Shown here piece after piece: positions 53,408 to 54,775 of a stretch of 54,775 nucleotides of DNA (position 1 is its first letter; each line of letters starts with the position of its first letter). Position numbers and translations under genes: made by a program. The notes under the pieces were generated by a model. The model was not told the origin of the DNA. It saw only the letters and a program-made list of their open reading frames with translations, and made no database searches. Source of the stretch: Candidatus Kerfeldbacteria bacterium (GTDB lineage Bacteria > Patescibacteriota > Patescibacteriia > UBA9570 > XYC2-FULL-38-9); NCBI GenBank assembly GCA_018500015.2, contig JAHBAR020000033.1, positions 1 to 54,775 on the forward strand. The letters run 5' to 3'.

Positions 53408-54439
53408 ATGGCGCGTCAAGTCATCTTTGATCGAAAAAATATTCTGGTGATCGGTGGTGCTGGTTTTGTTGGCTCTCATGTTTGCGATGCTCTTCTTGAA
53501 TACGCCAAAGTCATTTGTATTGATGACTACTCTTCAGGCAGCGTCGACAACATCGCACATCTTCTCCAAAATCCAAACTTTGTTTTCTTGCGTGCCAATA
53601 TCAACACGCCTATTGATTTTGAAAACTTCCCTGAGCTTGAAGTGATGCAAGTGAAGTATCAAGGCATCCAAGAGGTCTATTACATGGCCGCCCCAACTGT
53701 TGAGATGGGTTTTGAGGAATTTGCTGTTGAGACAGTAAAAACCAACTCAGTAGGTGTCATCAACGGTTTGGAAATTGCTCGCAAGTACAACGCCAAGTTT
53801 TTTCTCGCATCAACACACTCTATTTACGGCGACCCGCTCGAAGGTCAAGAGTCGTTTCAAGAAGAGTATTGGGGTTTTGTAAACCATCTCAATCAACGCG
53901 CCTGCTACAATGAAGGCAAGCGTTTTTCAGAGACGATCACCATGACCTATCATCAGCGCTACAACATCGACACCAAGATAGGCCGCATTTTTAACACCTA
54001 CGGTCCGCGCATGCGCTTGCATTCAGGTCGCATGATTCCAGACTTTATTCGCGCGGCAAGCGATCACCAAGATCTCACCATTTACGGTGACGGTTCAGAG
54101 CAAGATAGTTATTGTTACATCGACGACATGGTGCAGGGGATAGTGGCCCTCATGCAATCGCCGGTCAATGACCCAATCAACTTAGGCAACATGCAAAGCA
54201 TGCACATTATTGATGTCGCCAAAAAAATTATTCAACTCACTGGCTCAAAATCAAATATCGTGTTTCAAGATCCGATTGTTGGACTCGCAAAATTTGCCGT
54301 GCCTGACATCACAAAAGCAAAACATCTTTTGGGTTGGTTCCCAATGACAAATATCGACGTCGGTTTGCAACGCACAATTCAAGATATGCTTGGTTCGCGC
54401 GTGCTCACCTATCATCCTCTCGTTTCTGGAAGGAGTTAA
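53408..54439 (+). CDS. NAD-dependent epimerase/dehydratase (UDP-glucuronate decarboxylase-like)
   Basis: GGAGFVGSH, YWGFVN, CYNEGKR, RIFNTYGPRM. Confidence 0.88.
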   Translation: MARQVIFDRKNILVIGGAGFVGSHVCDALLEYAKVICIDDYSSGSVDNIAHLLQNPNFVFLRANINTPIDFENFPELEVMQVKYQGIQEVYYMAAPTVEMGFEEFAVETVKTNSVGVINGLEIARKYNAKFFLASTHSIYGDPLEGQESFQEEYWGFVNHLNQRACYNEGKRFSETITMTYHQRYNIDTKIGRIFNTYGPRMRLHSGRMIPDFIRAASDHQDLTIYGDGSEQDSYCYIDDMVQGIVALMQSPVNDPINLGNMQSMHIIDVAKKIIQLTGSKSNIVFQDPIVGLAKFAVPDITKAKHLLGWFPMTNIDVGLQRTIQDMLGSRVLTYHPLVSGRS

Positions 54440-54466
54440 CAGCGTTTAAATTCGTTTGCTGTTGCT

Positions 54467-54501
54467 GACAAGCCCAATGACCCTTCGGGCTTGTTGTTTT
54501 T
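54467..54501 (+). terminator. Intrinsic terminator
   Basis: GACAAGCCC / GGGCTTGTT followed by GTTTTT. Confidence 0.65.
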
Positions 54502-54775
54502 CTCACCCCTCCAATGTCAAGAGATAACGCGCAGCACCTCTACCTAGTCATGGGGCTTTCGGAGGCATTTTTAGCTTGGTGCGATTCGTTAGAATCGCTG
54601 AAAATGCTGAGAATGAAGGCCGTGCCCCGCAGGAGGGCACGGACCTGTACCCATGGATAGGTAGAGTGCGAAAGAGTCGGTCAACCTAACTGACTTGGAA
54701 CAGAGATAAACTGAAGAAATGCTTTTGGAGAAGAGAATGCCTCCCTGTGATTGTGTCGTGCTTCAAACTCAGCAA
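54500..54775 (+). ncRNA. Unidentified structured RNA (possibly truncated by the window end)
   Basis: Long helix 54534-54554/54650-54669 encloses two hairpins; more stems downstream; no ORF. Confidence 0.5.

Noticed and set aside
54549-54700. TPP riboswitch or group II intron 5' end (GTGCG at 54579)
   Set aside because: No CCUGAU..GCG..GGGA half for TPP; the GTGCG lies within a local hairpin and no domain V or RT is visible in the window.
1-54775. CRISPR array, DGR, prophage, IS element
   Set aside because: No repeat-spacer array, RT, integrase, transposase or phage gene found. The Cas4-like Cys pattern belongs to the helicase fusion.

Overview
About 55 kb of bacterial chromosome, roughly 45% GC by eye, with TGA used as a stop (code 11). 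Gene content and style suggest Patescibacteria/CPR, which is an inference: short Rel, type-2 IleRS, a UvrD-PD-(D/E)XK fusion, degenerate HtrA, PilM and PP2C-like proteins, and extended -10 promoters close to the ATG with few SD sites. Most genes are housekeeping: mfd, rarA, pth, der, LCP, UvrD-nuclease, glnA, parAB, rel, topA, folC, dprA, queG, pgeF, ileS, recO, glycosyltransferases, tRNA-fMet and tRNA-Leu. I found no CRISPR array, transposase, integrase or reverse transcriptase. Main unexplained signals: (1) a ~400-nt multi-junction RNA with its own promoter between rel and topA that matches no family I recognise; (2) an NYN/PIN RNase gene whose 3' end is overlapped by a convergent ~55-nt antisense hairpin RNA with its own promoter and terminator, a candidate RNA-antitoxin system; (3) a full-length ArgRS paralogue with all catalytic motifs lost, preceded by a tiny promoter-hairpin RNA unit; (4) a second large structured region at the right edge; (5) an operon of apparent pseudo-enzymes; (6) REP-like palindromes. 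All RNA structures were paired by eye, not computed.
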